From an uncultured delta proteobacterium (GTDB taxonomy: Bacteria > Myxococcota > Kuafuiibacteriia > Kuafuiibacteriales > Kuafuiibacteriaceae), in assembly GCA_963803435.1 (NCBI GenBank), contig CAWDML010000002.1, positions 32,001-96,000 on the forward strand: 64,000 nucleotides of DNA, in the 5' to 3' direction. Shown piece by piece: positions 31,260 to 40,723 of this stretch (positions within the stretch are counted from its first letter, which is position 1; the number at the start of each line of letters is the position of its first letter). The notes under the pieces are model-generated. The model saw nothing but the letters and a program-made list of their open reading frames with translations. It made no database searches and was not told the DNA's origin. A program made the translations under genes and the position numbers.

Positions 31260-32051
31260 ATGCTGTGGATCGCGGGCGACAACTTCTACCGGCATCGGGC
31301 CCACGTTCGCTGCCGGCAGGACTTGTCGTACGGCGATCACGAGAAGCAGCGTCTCGATCTGTTCCTTCCGCTCGAGGCGCCCGGCACGGCGCTCGTCGCC
31401 TTCGTCCACGGCGGCGCCTGGAAGATCCGCGACCGGCGCTTCCATCGCTGGATGACGGGCTTGTACTCGAACGTGGGAGCCGCGCTGGCGCGTCGAGGGA
31501 TCGCCGCTGCGGTTCTCGGCTATCGACAGCTCACCGACGACGTCCGTCCGTCGATCGACGACCTTCGCCGTGCGCTCGACTTCCTGGCCGAGCATGCCCC
31601 CGGCGCGGGAGCGCCCGCCGGGAAGCTGGTGCTGATGGGTCACTCCGCCGGCGCGCACCTCGCGGGCTGGCTCGCGCTGGATCCCGACCGGCGCGGCCAG
31701 GCCAAGGGATGGATCGCGCTGGCGGGCTTCTACGATGTGGCTCGCTTCGCCGCCGCGCTACCGCGCCTCCCCCGGCGTCACGTCCACCGCCTCTTCGGCC
31801 CCGATCTGGCGGCCGCGTCACCCGAGCGGTGGGTGGACGCGAGCGCGCCTCCGCTCCTCGCCGGGGCCGCGGCCCGCGACGCCCCCTCCATCACCGACGA
31901 GCAGGGATACCTCGCCGCGGCCTACCGCCGCGCGGGCGCCGCCGCCCAAACGTTCGAGGTCTCCTCGGGACACATGGGCCTGGTGCTCCAGATGGGGCGC
32001 GAGGCGGACACCGTCAGCGATCGGCTCGCAGGCTGGATTGCGCGCCTGTAG
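31260..32051 (+). CDS. alpha/beta hydrolase (esterase/lipase-like)
   Basis: YG.HEKQRLDL, FVHGGAW, MGHSAGAHL, C-terminal GH. Confidence 0.9.
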   Translation: MLWIAGDNFYRHRAHVRCRQDLSYGDHEKQRLDLFLPLEAPGTALVAFVHGGAWKIRDRRFHRWMTGLYSNVGAALARRGIAAAVLGYRQLTDDVRPSIDDLRRALDFLAEHAPGAGAPAGKLVLMGHSAGAHLAGWLALDPDRRGQAKGWIALAGFYDVARFAAALPRLPRRHVHRLFGPDLAAASPERWVDASAPPLLAGAAARDAPSITDEQGYLAAAYRRAGAAAQTFEVSSGHMGLVLQMGREADTVSDRLAGWIARL

Positions 32052-32874
32052 CAGGGGCGGCCAGGTCCACGCGCCGCTTGCCGAGAAGGTACGCGGCGAT
32101 GTTGCGGTACCAGAGCGTGGAGATCTCCGCGTGCTCGTTCCATCGATAGTAGAGGCGCGTGAATCCACCGTCGTACACGATGCGCTGCTCGGGCTTCGTC
32201 GAGACCGATACGAGCGGGTTGTTGTCGGAGGCCCGGATGATCACCTCGAGGTCGGGCGAAGCGGTCATGCTCGAGAGCGTGCAGCCCTCGTAGATCTGGC
32301 TGATGCCGGTGAGGAGCTCGTGGTCCTCGGCGTAGAGCTTGCCGTTGAACCAGCCGGCACGGCGGTACTCGATCAGCTTCTCCATGTCCTCCTTCTTCAT
32401 CGCCTCATCGATCAGCTTCTTGATGGTCCCGGGTGGGACGACGTTGATCGTCTTGTCGCCGAGATAGGCTCCGTCGAAGGAGATGCCGTGCAGCAGCCCT
32501 CCGATCACGTTCGCCTCGTGGATATAGGGGGTGTTGTCGGCCATGACGTAGACGCCCTTGCCGCTGTCGAGGAACGTCTTGATCTTGGCGGCGTCGGACG
32601 TGTCGAAGGGACCGCCTGAACCCGAGACGATCCACACCTCGTCGTACGGGGTGAGGCTCGGAAGGTGCGGAGGTGACTTCAGGACGTCAACCGTGAACCC
32701 GAGCTTGCGGAGCACGGCCGGGACGTTGTTCATCGGGACGCTGTCGACGGCGTTCCCTTCCCAGTAGTAGCAGGCGATCAGGATCTTCTTTCCCTTGAAG
32801 TCCTCCGGTTTGACCCAATCCGGCGCGGTGGCCAGCGTGGAGAAGAGTGCGAGGGTGGCTGCGAGCGCATTCAC
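32014..32874 (-). CDS. secreted hypothetical protein (possible class I glutamine amidotransferase-like fold)
   Basis: Signal peptide; LGFTVDV...YDEVWIVSG...FLDSGKGVYVMADN...YDGGFTRLY; strong codon bias. Confidence 0.65.
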   Translation of the reverse strand: MNALAATLALFSTLATAPDWVKPEDFKGKKILIACYYWEGNAVDSVPMNNVPAVLRKLGFTVDVLKSPPHLPSLTPYDEVWIVSGSGGPFDTSDAAKIKTFLDSGKGVYVMADNTPYIHEANVIGGLLHGISFDGAYLGDKTINVVPPGTIKKLIDEAMKKEDMEKLIEYRRAGWFNGKLYAEDHELLTGISQIYEGCTLSSMTASPDLEVIIRASDNNPLVSVSTKPEQRIVYDGGFTRLYYRWNEHAEISTLWYRNIAAYLLGKRRVDLAAPATGAQSSLRADR

Positions 32875-32970
32875 GACGCCATGAACGCGCGGGCCCGGGG
32901 GTCGATCTGTAAAAGATTTGTCGTTGTTTCTGGCTTGCCTCCCCGGATCCGGCGGACTTAGAGCCGGCTC

Positions 32971-33420
32971 ATGGAGTCGATCGAGTTCCTCTCAGGCTTC
33001 GTCGTCGTTTCCCCGCGCGCCGAACAGCTCGCCGAGTTCTACCGCGACGTGATCGGCGTCGAGCTCGAAGCCGAGGACCACGGAGGCCTCGAGACCCACT
33101 GGGCCGCCGAGCTCGGCGACATCCAGTTCGCCATTCACCCCGACACCAACTTCCCCGGCACCCCCGCCGGCCCCGCCCCCGTCCGGATGAGCTTCATCGT
33201 CTTCGACCTCGACACCGTCCTCAGCCGCCTCGAAGACCACGGCGTCGAGTCGCTCTACCCCCTCAAGGACGACGGCTTCGGTCGAACGATCACCCTCCGC
33301 GACCCCGACGGAAACTTCGTCGAGCTCACCGAGCTCAACGACGTCGGCTTCGAGCACCTCGACCGCCGCAAGCGCGAGGGCTTCGACCCGGTGGCGCGGT
33401 GGAAGCAACGCCGGCGGTAG
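32971..33420 (+). CDS. VOC-family protein
   Basis: LAEFYRDVIG...FGRTITLRDPDGNFVEL. Confidence 0.88.
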   Translation: MESIEFLSGFVVVSPRAEQLAEFYRDVIGVELEAEDHGGLETHWAAELGDIQFAIHPDTNFPGTPAGPAPVRMSFIVFDLDTVLSRLEDHGVESLYPLKDDGFGRTITLRDPDGNFVELTELNDVGFEHLDRRKREGFDPVARWKQRRR

Positions 33421-33532
33421 GTGCTGTTTTCGAAGCGTCGACCTGGTACGTTCCTTCTCCACCGTGGTCGGCTCTGGCGGGACGAAGCCCCGGTGCCCCC
33501 GCCCGAGCGAGCGGAGGAGTGATGCGGGGATT

Positions 33533-33548
33533 TGCAAGTTAACTTGCA
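33533..33548. promoter_or_regulatory. perfect 16-bp palindrome in an AT-rich island
   Basis: TGCAAGTTAACTTGCA, just upstream of the transposase remnant. Confidence 0.5.
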
Positions 33549-33557
33549 TAATAAATC

Positions 33558-33776
33558 TTGAATGGGCATTTACATATTGACTCGATCGCACGGCTGCGCC
33601 GTGTTCCCGACATCCCTCCCTCGCTGCGCGGCATGGTGCGCTGGGTCCGCGGCGCGCTCCTCGCCGGCGCCGACAAGGACGGATTCCGACCCGTCCACTA
33701 CTCGATCCAGTCGAACCACCTCGACCTCATCGCCGAGGGCGAGCCCAAGCGCCTGACCGCGGTCTCCATGGCCTAA
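33558..33776 (+). pseudogene. REP-associated tyrosine (Y1/HUH, RAYT-like) transposase remnant
   Basis: PSLR...FRPVHYSIQSNHLDLIAE matches the H(Y/F)S.Q.NH.H motif with the second His lost; truncated at both ends. Confidence 0.65.
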
Positions 33777-34171
33777 AATGGACACGATGGTCCGCTGCAG
33801 GTGCACTGGGCCGCGATCCCGCAGGCGATCTCGCAGGAGGAGCCTGCGTTGCAGGTGGTGTCGCAGGCGCCGACGTTGCAGGCGATCTGGCAGTCGGCGC
33901 CGGTCTCGCAGGTGGTGTGGCACTGCGAGGTCTGGCAGCGGATGTCGCAGAGGGCGCCTTCGCCGCAGTTGAGGGTGCACTCGCCGAGACAGTCGAAGTG
34001 GCATTCGTCGCCGGTGGGGCAGCGGCAGGTGTTGCCGAATCCGCAGGTGGTTCTCGGGGGCGCGTCGGGGCAGGTGCCGCCGGCGTCGCAGGCGAAGAGC
34101 TCGGGGCGGAGATCGCGGGAGGCTTCGCAGGCGAAGAGGAGCAGCGCGAGCAGGATCGGGAGCCTCGCCAT
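33773..34171 (-). CDS. Cys-rich repeat lipoprotein
   Basis: Lipobox LFAC followed by regularly spaced CxxxC/CxxxxC repeats. Confidence 0.8.
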   Translation of the reverse strand: MARLPILLALLLFACEASRDLRPELFACDAGGTCPDAPPRTTCGFGNTCRCPTGDECHFDCLGECTLNCGEGALCDIRCQTSQCHTTCETGADCQIACNVGACDTTCNAGSSCEIACGIAAQCTCSGPSCPF

Positions 34172-34264
34172 GAGGTTGGAGCCTGGCACAGGGGCCGGGG
34201 AGAAAGAAGGGCTTCACCGACGTCACATCGGCGGAGCAACCGGGCGGGGGGCGGCCCGATAACC

Positions 34265-34723
34265 ATGATTGGAGTCGAAATGTTCGACGCGTCGGATCTG
34301 GATCATCTGTCGGACCTCGCTGGAGCGGAGCGGCTCGTGGCGTTGACCGGTGCGGAGCCGGATGTGCTGGTGTCGTGTGCGGCGTCGTCGCTCCGAGTCA
34401 ACGCGTTCGAGGATGCGCTGGCGATGTTGCGGGCGGCGCTCGCGATCGATCCGGAGCATGCGCGCGCGTGGTCGATGATGGGGACGGCGCTCGAGAAGCT
34501 GGGCGCGTCGATGCCGGCGAGCAGCGCGTACGCTACGGCGCTTCTCTACGACGATCAGGATCCGAGCACCGCGCTGGCGCTCGCGCGGCTTCATCTCGCC
34601 GCCGGGCGTGTCGGCAAAGCGCGCGCGCTGATCGATTGGGTGGTGGCGAGCTTCCCGGACTCGAAGCACGCGCGGCAGCAGGCGGCCACGCTGCTCGAGC
34701 AGGTCGAGACAGAGGCGGCGTGA
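34265..34723 (+). CDS. small TPR protein, SycD/LcrH-like
   Basis: About 150 aa with 3 TPRs (ALAIDPEHARAWSMMG...AYATALLYDDQDP); acidic. Confidence 0.65.
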   Translation: MIGVEMFDASDLDHLSDLAGAERLVALTGAEPDVLVSCAASSLRVNAFEDALAMLRAALAIDPEHARAWSMMGTALEKLGASMPASSAYATALLYDDQDPSTALALARLHLAAGRVGKARALIDWVVASFPDSKHARQQAATLLEQVETEAA

Positions 34724-34742
34724 ACCACTATACTCCGCGGGC

Positions 34743-35684
34743 ATGGGGATGCTCGTCGGCGGTGAGTGGAGAGCGAACGACTTCAACACGGACCAAGAAG
34801 GCCGATTTCAGCGTGAGCCGACCGTCTTTCACGGCGTGATCGAAGCCCCCGAGGCCGGCCGCTATCACCTCTACGTCTCCCTGGCCTGTCCGTGGGCGCA
34901 CCGCACGCTGATCGTTCGCAAGCTGCGCGGCCTGGAGGAGGCGGTCGGGCTATCGGTCGTCGATCCCTACATGGGCGATGACGGCTGGTCGTTCAGCGAT
35001 CACCCGGGCGCGATCCCCGACGCGATCAACGGCGCCGCCTATCTTCGCGACCTCTACGTCCTGGCTGATCCGCAGTACACCGGGCGCGTCACGGTCCCGG
35101 TGCTCTGGGACAAGCAAGCGCGTACGATCATCAACAACGAGTCGCGCAAGATCATGCGGATGTTCGACACGGTCTTCATGACGCTCGGGGATCCGTCGGT
35201 CTCCTTCTTCCCCGAGCCCCACCGCGACCGGATCGAGGCGCTGATCGACCAGCTCTATCGTCCCATCAACAACGGCGTGTATCGGGCGGGCTTCGCGACG
35301 ACGCAGGAGGCGTATCTGGAGGCCGTCACCGAGGTCTTCGAGGCGCTCGACTACTGGGAGGAGGTCCTGGGCGGCCAGCGCTACCTGGTCGGTGACCTCA
35401 TCACCGAGGCGGACTGGTGCTTCTTCACGACGCTGCTCCGCTTCGACCTCGTCTATCACGGGCACTTCAAGTGCAACCTCCGGCGCATCGTCGACTATCC
35501 GAACCTCTACGGTTATCTCAAGGACCTCTATCAACAACCCGGCGTCCGCGACACCTGCTCCTTCGATCACATCAAGCAGCACTACTATCGCAGCCACCGC
35601 TCGTTGAACCCGCGTGGGATCGTCCCGAAGGGCCCGCTGATGGCCCTGGGCGCGCCGCACGACCGAACGCGCTTTTCCTCGTGA
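34743..35684 (+). CDS. yqjG: glutathionyl-hydroquinone reductase (YqjG/Ecm4-like GST)
   Basis: RYHLYVSLACPWAHRT, GRVTVPVLWDK, INNGVYRAGFA, HFKCN, HYYRSH. Confidence 0.93.
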   Translation: MGMLVGGEWRANDFNTDQEGRFQREPTVFHGVIEAPEAGRYHLYVSLACPWAHRTLIVRKLRGLEEAVGLSVVDPYMGDDGWSFSDHPGAIPDAINGAAYLRDLYVLADPQYTGRVTVPVLWDKQARTIINNESRKIMRMFDTVFMTLGDPSVSFFPEPHRDRIEALIDQLYRPINNGVYRAGFATTQEAYLEAVTEVFEALDYWEEVLGGQRYLVGDLITEADWCFFTTLLRFDLVYHGHFKCNLRRIVDYPNLYGYLKDLYQQPGVRDTCSFDHIKQHYYRSHRSLNPRGIVPKGPLMALGAPHDRTRFSS

Positions 35685-35746
35685 CCGCACGCACCGAATG
35701 ATCGGCCGATGATCCGGGACCGGCCGCGGTGCTATGCACGCCGAAC

Positions 35747-37039
35747 GTGAGAGCCTGGGGCGTCGCAGCGGTGCTGCTCATCTCGGCGTGCGACGGATCG
35801 CGGGGCGTGGAGCTCCCGGAGGCGGACGCCGCCGTCGATCCGGACGCCGCCACGGGCGATGCCGGTACCGCCGATCCCGACGTCACCTGGTACCGCGACA
35901 TCGTGCCGCTGGTGCAGGCGCAGTGCCTGTCGTGTCACCGCTCCGGCGGGATCGCGCCGTTCTCCATGGAGTCCTACCAGACCGCCGCGCCCTACGCGCG
36001 CGCGATGGCCGGCGACGTGATCGGCGGGATCATGCCGCCCTGGCCGCCGAGCGAGGACTGCCAGCCGTACCTCGACGCCCGCCGGGTCGACGATCACGAG
36101 AAGGCGCTCATCGTCCGTTGGGCCGATCTCGGGGCGCCTGCGGGAGATCCGGCGGACGCGCCGCCCATGCTCCCGCCCGCAGCCCTCGATCGGGTCGACC
36201 TCGAGGGCGATCCGGGCGTCGAGTACACGCCCACCGGGGCCGACGACTACCGCTGCTTCGTCGTCGATCTGGGCCTCACCCGGACCCAGCAGCTGGTCGC
36301 GCTCGAGATCGTCCCCGGCGTCCGCTGGATGGTGCACCACGTCGTGCTGTTCCAGGCCAACGCGCTCGAGGCGCAGGCCGCCGATGCCGTCGACTCGGGT
36401 CCCGGCTGGTCCTGCTTCGGCGGCCCCGGCGTAGCCCCCACCTCACCGCTCGACAGCCTCGCAGTCGGCGCCTGGGCGCCGGGCACTCCGGTGACGCACT
36501 ATCCGGCGGGAACCGGCGTCGATCTCACGGCGGGCAACGTCATCGTGATGCAGGTCCACTATCATGTCACCGGCGGGCGCTCACCGGAGCCGGATCGCAC
36601 GATCGTCCACATGCAGGTCGCCGATGCCGCGGTCACTCCGGCATACGTCTCGAGTATCTACAACAACACCTTCGCGATCCCGCCGCGAGATCCGGGCGGG
36701 AGCGTTCTCATGCACTCGAGCTCCGTGACCTGGCCGATCACGATCCCGGGGACTCTCCTCGGCGTGTTCCCGCACATGCATCTGCTCGGGCGCACCATCC
36801 ATCTCACCTACTCGCCGCCGGGTGGGGCGACGTCAACTTGCCTTGCAAACGTGCCGAGCTGGAACTTCCACTGGCAGCAGTTCTACTTCTACGATCTCGC
36901 CGGCGGGATCCGGCTCGAGACCGGCGGAACGCTGGAGCTCACCTGCGAGTGGGAGCGGCCCACGGACGGCCGCACGATCTTTTGGGGAGAGGGCAGCGAC
37001 GACGAGATGTGCATCGTCGGTCTGTACGTGGTCCCCTGA
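35747..37039 (+). CDS. lipoprotein: monoheme cytochrome c plus copper type II (PHM/DBH-like) monooxygenase
   Basis: Lipobox ISAC; CLSCH...MPPW; VHHVVL, MQVHY, PHMHLLG, DEMC copper-ligand motifs. Confidence 0.85.
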   Translation: MRAWGVAAVLLISACDGSRGVELPEADAAVDPDAATGDAGTADPDVTWYRDIVPLVQAQCLSCHRSGGIAPFSMESYQTAAPYARAMAGDVIGGIMPPWPPSEDCQPYLDARRVDDHEKALIVRWADLGAPAGDPADAPPMLPPAALDRVDLEGDPGVEYTPTGADDYRCFVVDLGLTRTQQLVALEIVPGVRWMVHHVVLFQANALEAQAADAVDSGPGWSCFGGPGVAPTSPLDSLAVGAWAPGTPVTHYPAGTGVDLTAGNVIVMQVHYHVTGGRSPEPDRTIVHMQVADAAVTPAYVSSIYNNTFAIPPRDPGGSVLMHSSSVTWPITIPGTLLGVFPHMHLLGRTIHLTYSPPGGATSTCLANVPSWNFHWQQFYFYDLAGGIRLETGGTLELTCEWERPTDGRTIFWGEGSDDEMCIVGLYVVP

Positions 37040-38983
37040 CTACATCGCCTCGGGCGCGCGGACGCCCAGGAGCGCCAGGCCGTGAGCCAGCGTGTTCCGC
37101 ACGGCGTCGATCAGGTGGAGCCGTGCGGCCCGGGTGGCGGCGTCGTCCTCGAGCAGCACGCGCTTCTCGCGGTCGCGCTTGCCGGCCGTGAGGTAGCTCG
37201 CGGTGAGCTTCGCCAGCTCCAAGATCGCGCGGGTCACGTGCGAGGGCTCCAGCTCGTCGCACGCCTTCTCCACCACCTCGGGGTAGCGGGAGAGGGCGAG
37301 CAGGATCGGTCGCTCCTCCTCCAAGGTCAGGCGCGAGAGGTCGGCCTGGGCCGGGAGCCCACCCGCCTTCTTGATGATGCTGCAGCAGCGGGCGTGCGAG
37401 AACTGCACGTAGGGGCCCGACTCGCCCGAGAAGTTGAGCACGTCCGCCCAGTCGAAGGTGTAGTCGGTCGTGCGGAGCGCCCTGAGATCACGGAACACGA
37501 TCGCGCCCACGCCGATCGCCTCCACCGTCTCGTCCAGATGGGTCTGGTCGATCTTCTCCGACTTCTCACACTCGCGCCGCGCCTTGTCGGTCGCCTCCTC
37601 GAGCACCTCGTCGAGGAACACAATCTCGCCCCGCCGGGTGCTCATCCCGTGGATGCGGCCGAAGTCGATGTGCCGGCAGCGCTCCGCCCAGTCGAAGCCC
37701 ATCGCCTCGAGCGTCCGGAACAGCTGGCGGAAATGGAGCGCTTGATCGGAGGCGACCACGTAGAGGGAGCGGTCGAACGAGAAGCGCGCGTACCGATCCA
37801 TGGCGGCGGCGAGGTCGCGCGTGACGTAGAGCGTGGTGCCGTCCCGGGTCTTGAGGATGATCGGCGGCTCGTTGTTCCTCTGCTCCAGGTCGACCACCTC
37901 TGCGCCCTCGCTGATCCGCGTGCCGGGCTTCTCGCGCACGCGCGCCAGCGTGTCCTCCAGGACGTCCTGGTAGGTGGACTCGCCCTCGATCGACGCGAAC
38001 TCGATCCCCATGCGCGCGTAGACCTTCTCGAAGTCCGCGATCGACGTCTCCCGGAACTCGCGCCAGATCGCCAGCGCCTCGGGATCCTTGTCCTCCATGC
38101 GCTTGAGGAAGAGCCGCGCTTCCTGATCGTTCGCCTCGGCGTCCGGCAGCCGGGCCTCGGCCTCCACCTTCTGGGCCTCGAGCGCGCCCAGCCAGGGGGC
38201 GACATCCGCCAGCGGGTCGCCCTCGCTCAGGCCGCGCATCTCCCGCAGCTTCTTCTCGAGCCGCGCCGCGGACTTTTTGTCGTCGGTCCCGCGGACGCGC
38301 TCGAGCTCGGCGATCAGCTTCCTCGCCAGGTCGGGACGGGCGATCCTCTCCTTGAGGCCCCCGACGTCCGCCTCCCGGTTCGCGGTCACGTAGACCTCCA
38401 CCAGGTGCTTGGCGTCGGTGCGCCGCGCCGGATCGCCGTGGCGCTGGAAGCCCGTGGCGAGGAGCCCGAACTGCTTGCCCCAGTCGCCGAGGTAGTCGAT
38501 CCCGCGGACGTCCCATCCGAGCGCGCCATGGATGCGCCCGAGCGCCGCGCCGATCACGGTGGAGCGGACGTGGTGGAACGCCAGTGGCTTGGCGATGTTG
38601 GGGCTCGAGAAGTCGATCACGACGGTCTTGCCGCGGTCGCGGTCGGCGCCGCCGAAGCCGCGCTGTCGTGCCGCCGGGACCACGGCCCCCGCGAGCGCAC
38701 CGGTGGAGAACGTGACGTTCACGAACGCCTTGATCGCCTCGACCTTCAGCCAGCGCGGATCGCCGGCGAGCGCGTCGGCCACCTTCTGCGCCACCGCTGC
38801 CGGGTTCTTCTCCTCGAGCAGCTTGGCCAGCACGAAGCAGGGCAACGCCAGATCGCCGCGTCCTTCTTCGCGCGGCTTCTCCAGGGCATCCTCGAGCTTC
38901 TGCGCCTGCTCGGTGGAAAGGCCTTGGCTTTCCGCTACCGCTTTTGCGAAGTCACGTCTGAAGGCTGCGAGCGGTGAGGCCAT
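37040..38983 (-). CDS. argS: arginine--tRNA ligase
   Basis: GDLALPCF, DFSSPNIAKPLAFHHVRST, YLGDWGKQFG, GMSTRRG, GPYVQFSHAR, C-terminal APEAM. Confidence 0.96.
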   Translation of the reverse strand: MASPLAAFRRDFAKAVAESQGLSTEQAQKLEDALEKPREEGRGDLALPCFVLAKLLEEKNPAAVAQKVADALAGDPRWLKVEAIKAFVNVTFSTGALAGAVVPAARQRGFGGADRDRGKTVVIDFSSPNIAKPLAFHHVRSTVIGAALGRIHGALGWDVRGIDYLGDWGKQFGLLATGFQRHGDPARRTDAKHLVEVYVTANREADVGGLKERIARPDLARKLIAELERVRGTDDKKSAARLEKKLREMRGLSEGDPLADVAPWLGALEAQKVEAEARLPDAEANDQEARLFLKRMEDKDPEALAIWREFRETSIADFEKVYARMGIEFASIEGESTYQDVLEDTLARVREKPGTRISEGAEVVDLEQRNNEPPIILKTRDGTTLYVTRDLAAAMDRYARFSFDRSLYVVASDQALHFRQLFRTLEAMGFDWAERCRHIDFGRIHGMSTRRGEIVFLDEVLEEATDKARRECEKSEKIDQTHLDETVEAIGVGAIVFRDLRALRTTDYTFDWADVLNFSGESGPYVQFSHARCCSIIKKAGGLPAQADLSRLTLEEERPILLALSRYPEVVEKACDELEPSHVTRAILELAKLTASYLTAGKRDREKRVLLEDDAATRAARLHLIDAVRNTLAHGLALLGVRAPEAM

Positions 38984-39010
38984 GACCTTTCGCTCGTACG
39001 AGAGGGTCGC

Positions 39011-40117
39011 ATGTTTGGCAAGAAGGACAAGGACGGACTGACCCCGGAGGCGGTGACCAAGACCCTGGAGCGGGTCGTGGATCCGGAGCTCGAGAAGAAC
39101 GTCGTCGAGCTGGGCATGATCAAGGACGTGAAGGTCGAGAAAGATCGGCTGCGCATCGGTGTCGAGCTGCCGACTCCGGCCTGGGAGCCCAAGGAGCTGC
39201 TCGAGCAGGAGATCAACCGGGTCCTGGCCGACTCGCGCGGCGGACGCACGATCGAGATCGCCTGGGGCAGCAACGTTCGACCCTCCCGGCCCCCCGCCAG
39301 CGGTCAGGCGTTGATGGCCGGCGCGCGCAACATCCTCCTGTTCGCATCGGGCAAGGGTGGCGTGGGCAAGTCGACGGTGGCCACCAACGTCGCGGCCGCC
39401 CTCGCCAACCTGGGTGCGACCGTCGGCCTCCTCGACGCCGACATCTACGGCCCGTCGATCCCGACGATGCTCGGAACCCGCGAGCGCCCCGAGATCGCCG
39501 GCCAGAAGCTGATCCCGCTGAAGCGGCACGGGCTCAAGCTGATGTCGATCGGCTTCATCGTCGATCCCAAGGAGGCGATGACCTGGCGCGGACCGATGCT
39601 GAACGGCGCGCTGATCCAGTTCATGCGCGACGTCGAGTGGGGCGACATCGACTACATGATCCTCGACCTTCCTCCGGGCACCGGCGACGTCCAGCTCACG
39701 ATTGCCCAGAACCTGAAGGTGTCGGGCGCGGTGCTGGTCTCGACGCCGCAGGACGTGGCCCTCGCGGACGTCCAGCGTGGCAAGGCGATGTTCGATCGCG
39801 TCGACATCCCCACGCTGGGCATCATCGAGAACATGGCGTACTTCGAGTGCGGCAGCTGCGGCGCTCGCCACCACATCTTCTCCACCGGCGGCGCAGGACG
39901 GCTGGCCAAGGAGCTCGGCCTGCCGCTGCTCGGCGAGATCCCGCTCGAGATCAGCACGCGCGAGTCCGCGGACGCGGGTCGGCCCGAGGTCCTCGCCAAC
40001 CCCAACAGCGGCGCCTCGAAGGCGTTCTTCGGTGTCGCGAAGCGCCTGGCGACGATCCTGGCCAAGAAGGCGCCGCCCCCGAGCAAGAGCGCGGGCGGCC
40101 TCCGCATCATCCAGTAG
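39011..40117 (+). CDS. mrp: Mrp/NBP35 (ApbC) Fe-S cluster carrier ATPase
   Basis: VVDPEL N-domain; ASGKGGVGKSTV; DADIYGPS; WRGPM; DLPPGTGD; ENMAYFECGSC. Confidence 0.95.
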   Translation: MFGKKDKDGLTPEAVTKTLERVVDPELEKNVVELGMIKDVKVEKDRLRIGVELPTPAWEPKELLEQEINRVLADSRGGRTIEIAWGSNVRPSRPPASGQALMAGARNILLFASGKGGVGKSTVATNVAAALANLGATVGLLDADIYGPSIPTMLGTRERPEIAGQKLIPLKRHGLKLMSIGFIVDPKEAMTWRGPMLNGALIQFMRDVEWGDIDYMILDLPPGTGDVQLTIAQNLKVSGAVLVSTPQDVALADVQRGKAMFDRVDIPTLGIIENMAYFECGSCGARHHIFSTGGAGRLAKELGLPLLGEIPLEISTRESADAGRPEVLANPNSGASKAFFGVAKRLATILAKKAPPPSKSAGGLRIIQ

Positions 40118-40180
40118 CACGCTGCGCGTCGAGCGCCCGCCGAGGTGGAGAGGCGCGCCGGTCCGCCGACGAGCGCGGGA

Positions 40181-40723
40181 TCACATGCCGCGCGCGAAGA
40201 GCTCGGCGCTGCTCTCGCTGGGCGGGAAGACCATCGCCGGCTCGGACGCCTCTTCTTGCAGGCTGTCCTGCACCAGCTCGAAGGCCAGCTTGAGGAGGGT
40301 CTTGGTCTGCTCGGTGATCCCGGGGGCGCCGCTCTCGCGGGGGCCGGCGACGTTGAGCACGCGCGGCTTCACGCGGGCGAGCCAGAGCACGATCTCGTCG
40401 ACCGGATCCTCGTCGGGGTCTGCGAGGTCCACGACCAGGAGCGGGCGACGGATCGAGCGGGCGATCTCGCAGGTGAGTCGCGTGCCGCCCATCGGGGCGC
40501 CGCGGGTCAGGACCAGCGTCGCCGTGCTGCACTCGACGTTGCGCTGGGTGCGCACGTGGACGTCGTCCGAACGCGTTTCGTTGAGCGGGTAGTGACGGGG
40601 AATGGGGCCGTCCTCCGCCCATCGATTCTTCGGGCACCAACCACCGGCCTCCCACCCGAGCGCCAGCGCGACATCGAGCGCGGCGCGGTCGACGCCCGTC
40701 TGTCCTCCCGAGACGATCTTCAT
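40181..40723 (-). CDS. putative molybdenum carrier / SLOG-superfamily protein
   Basis: KIVSGGQTGVDRAALD...GGWCP...RTQRNV...GGT.LT...LNVAGPRES. Confidence 0.9.
   Translation of the reverse strand: MKIVSGGQTGVDRAALDVALALGWEAGGWCPKNRWAEDGPIPRHYPLNETRSDDVHVRTQRNVECSTATLVLTRGAPMGGTRLTCEIARSIRRPLLVVDLADPDEDPVDEIVLWLARVKPRVLNVAGPRESGAPGITEQTKTLLKLAFELVQDSLQEEASEPAMVFPPSESSAELFARGM

Noticed and set aside
37040-40120. 1026-aa minus-strand ORF suggesting a giant ArgS
   Set aside because: The first ~380 aa are the antisense shadow of mrp; ArgS motifs begin at ATG 38983.
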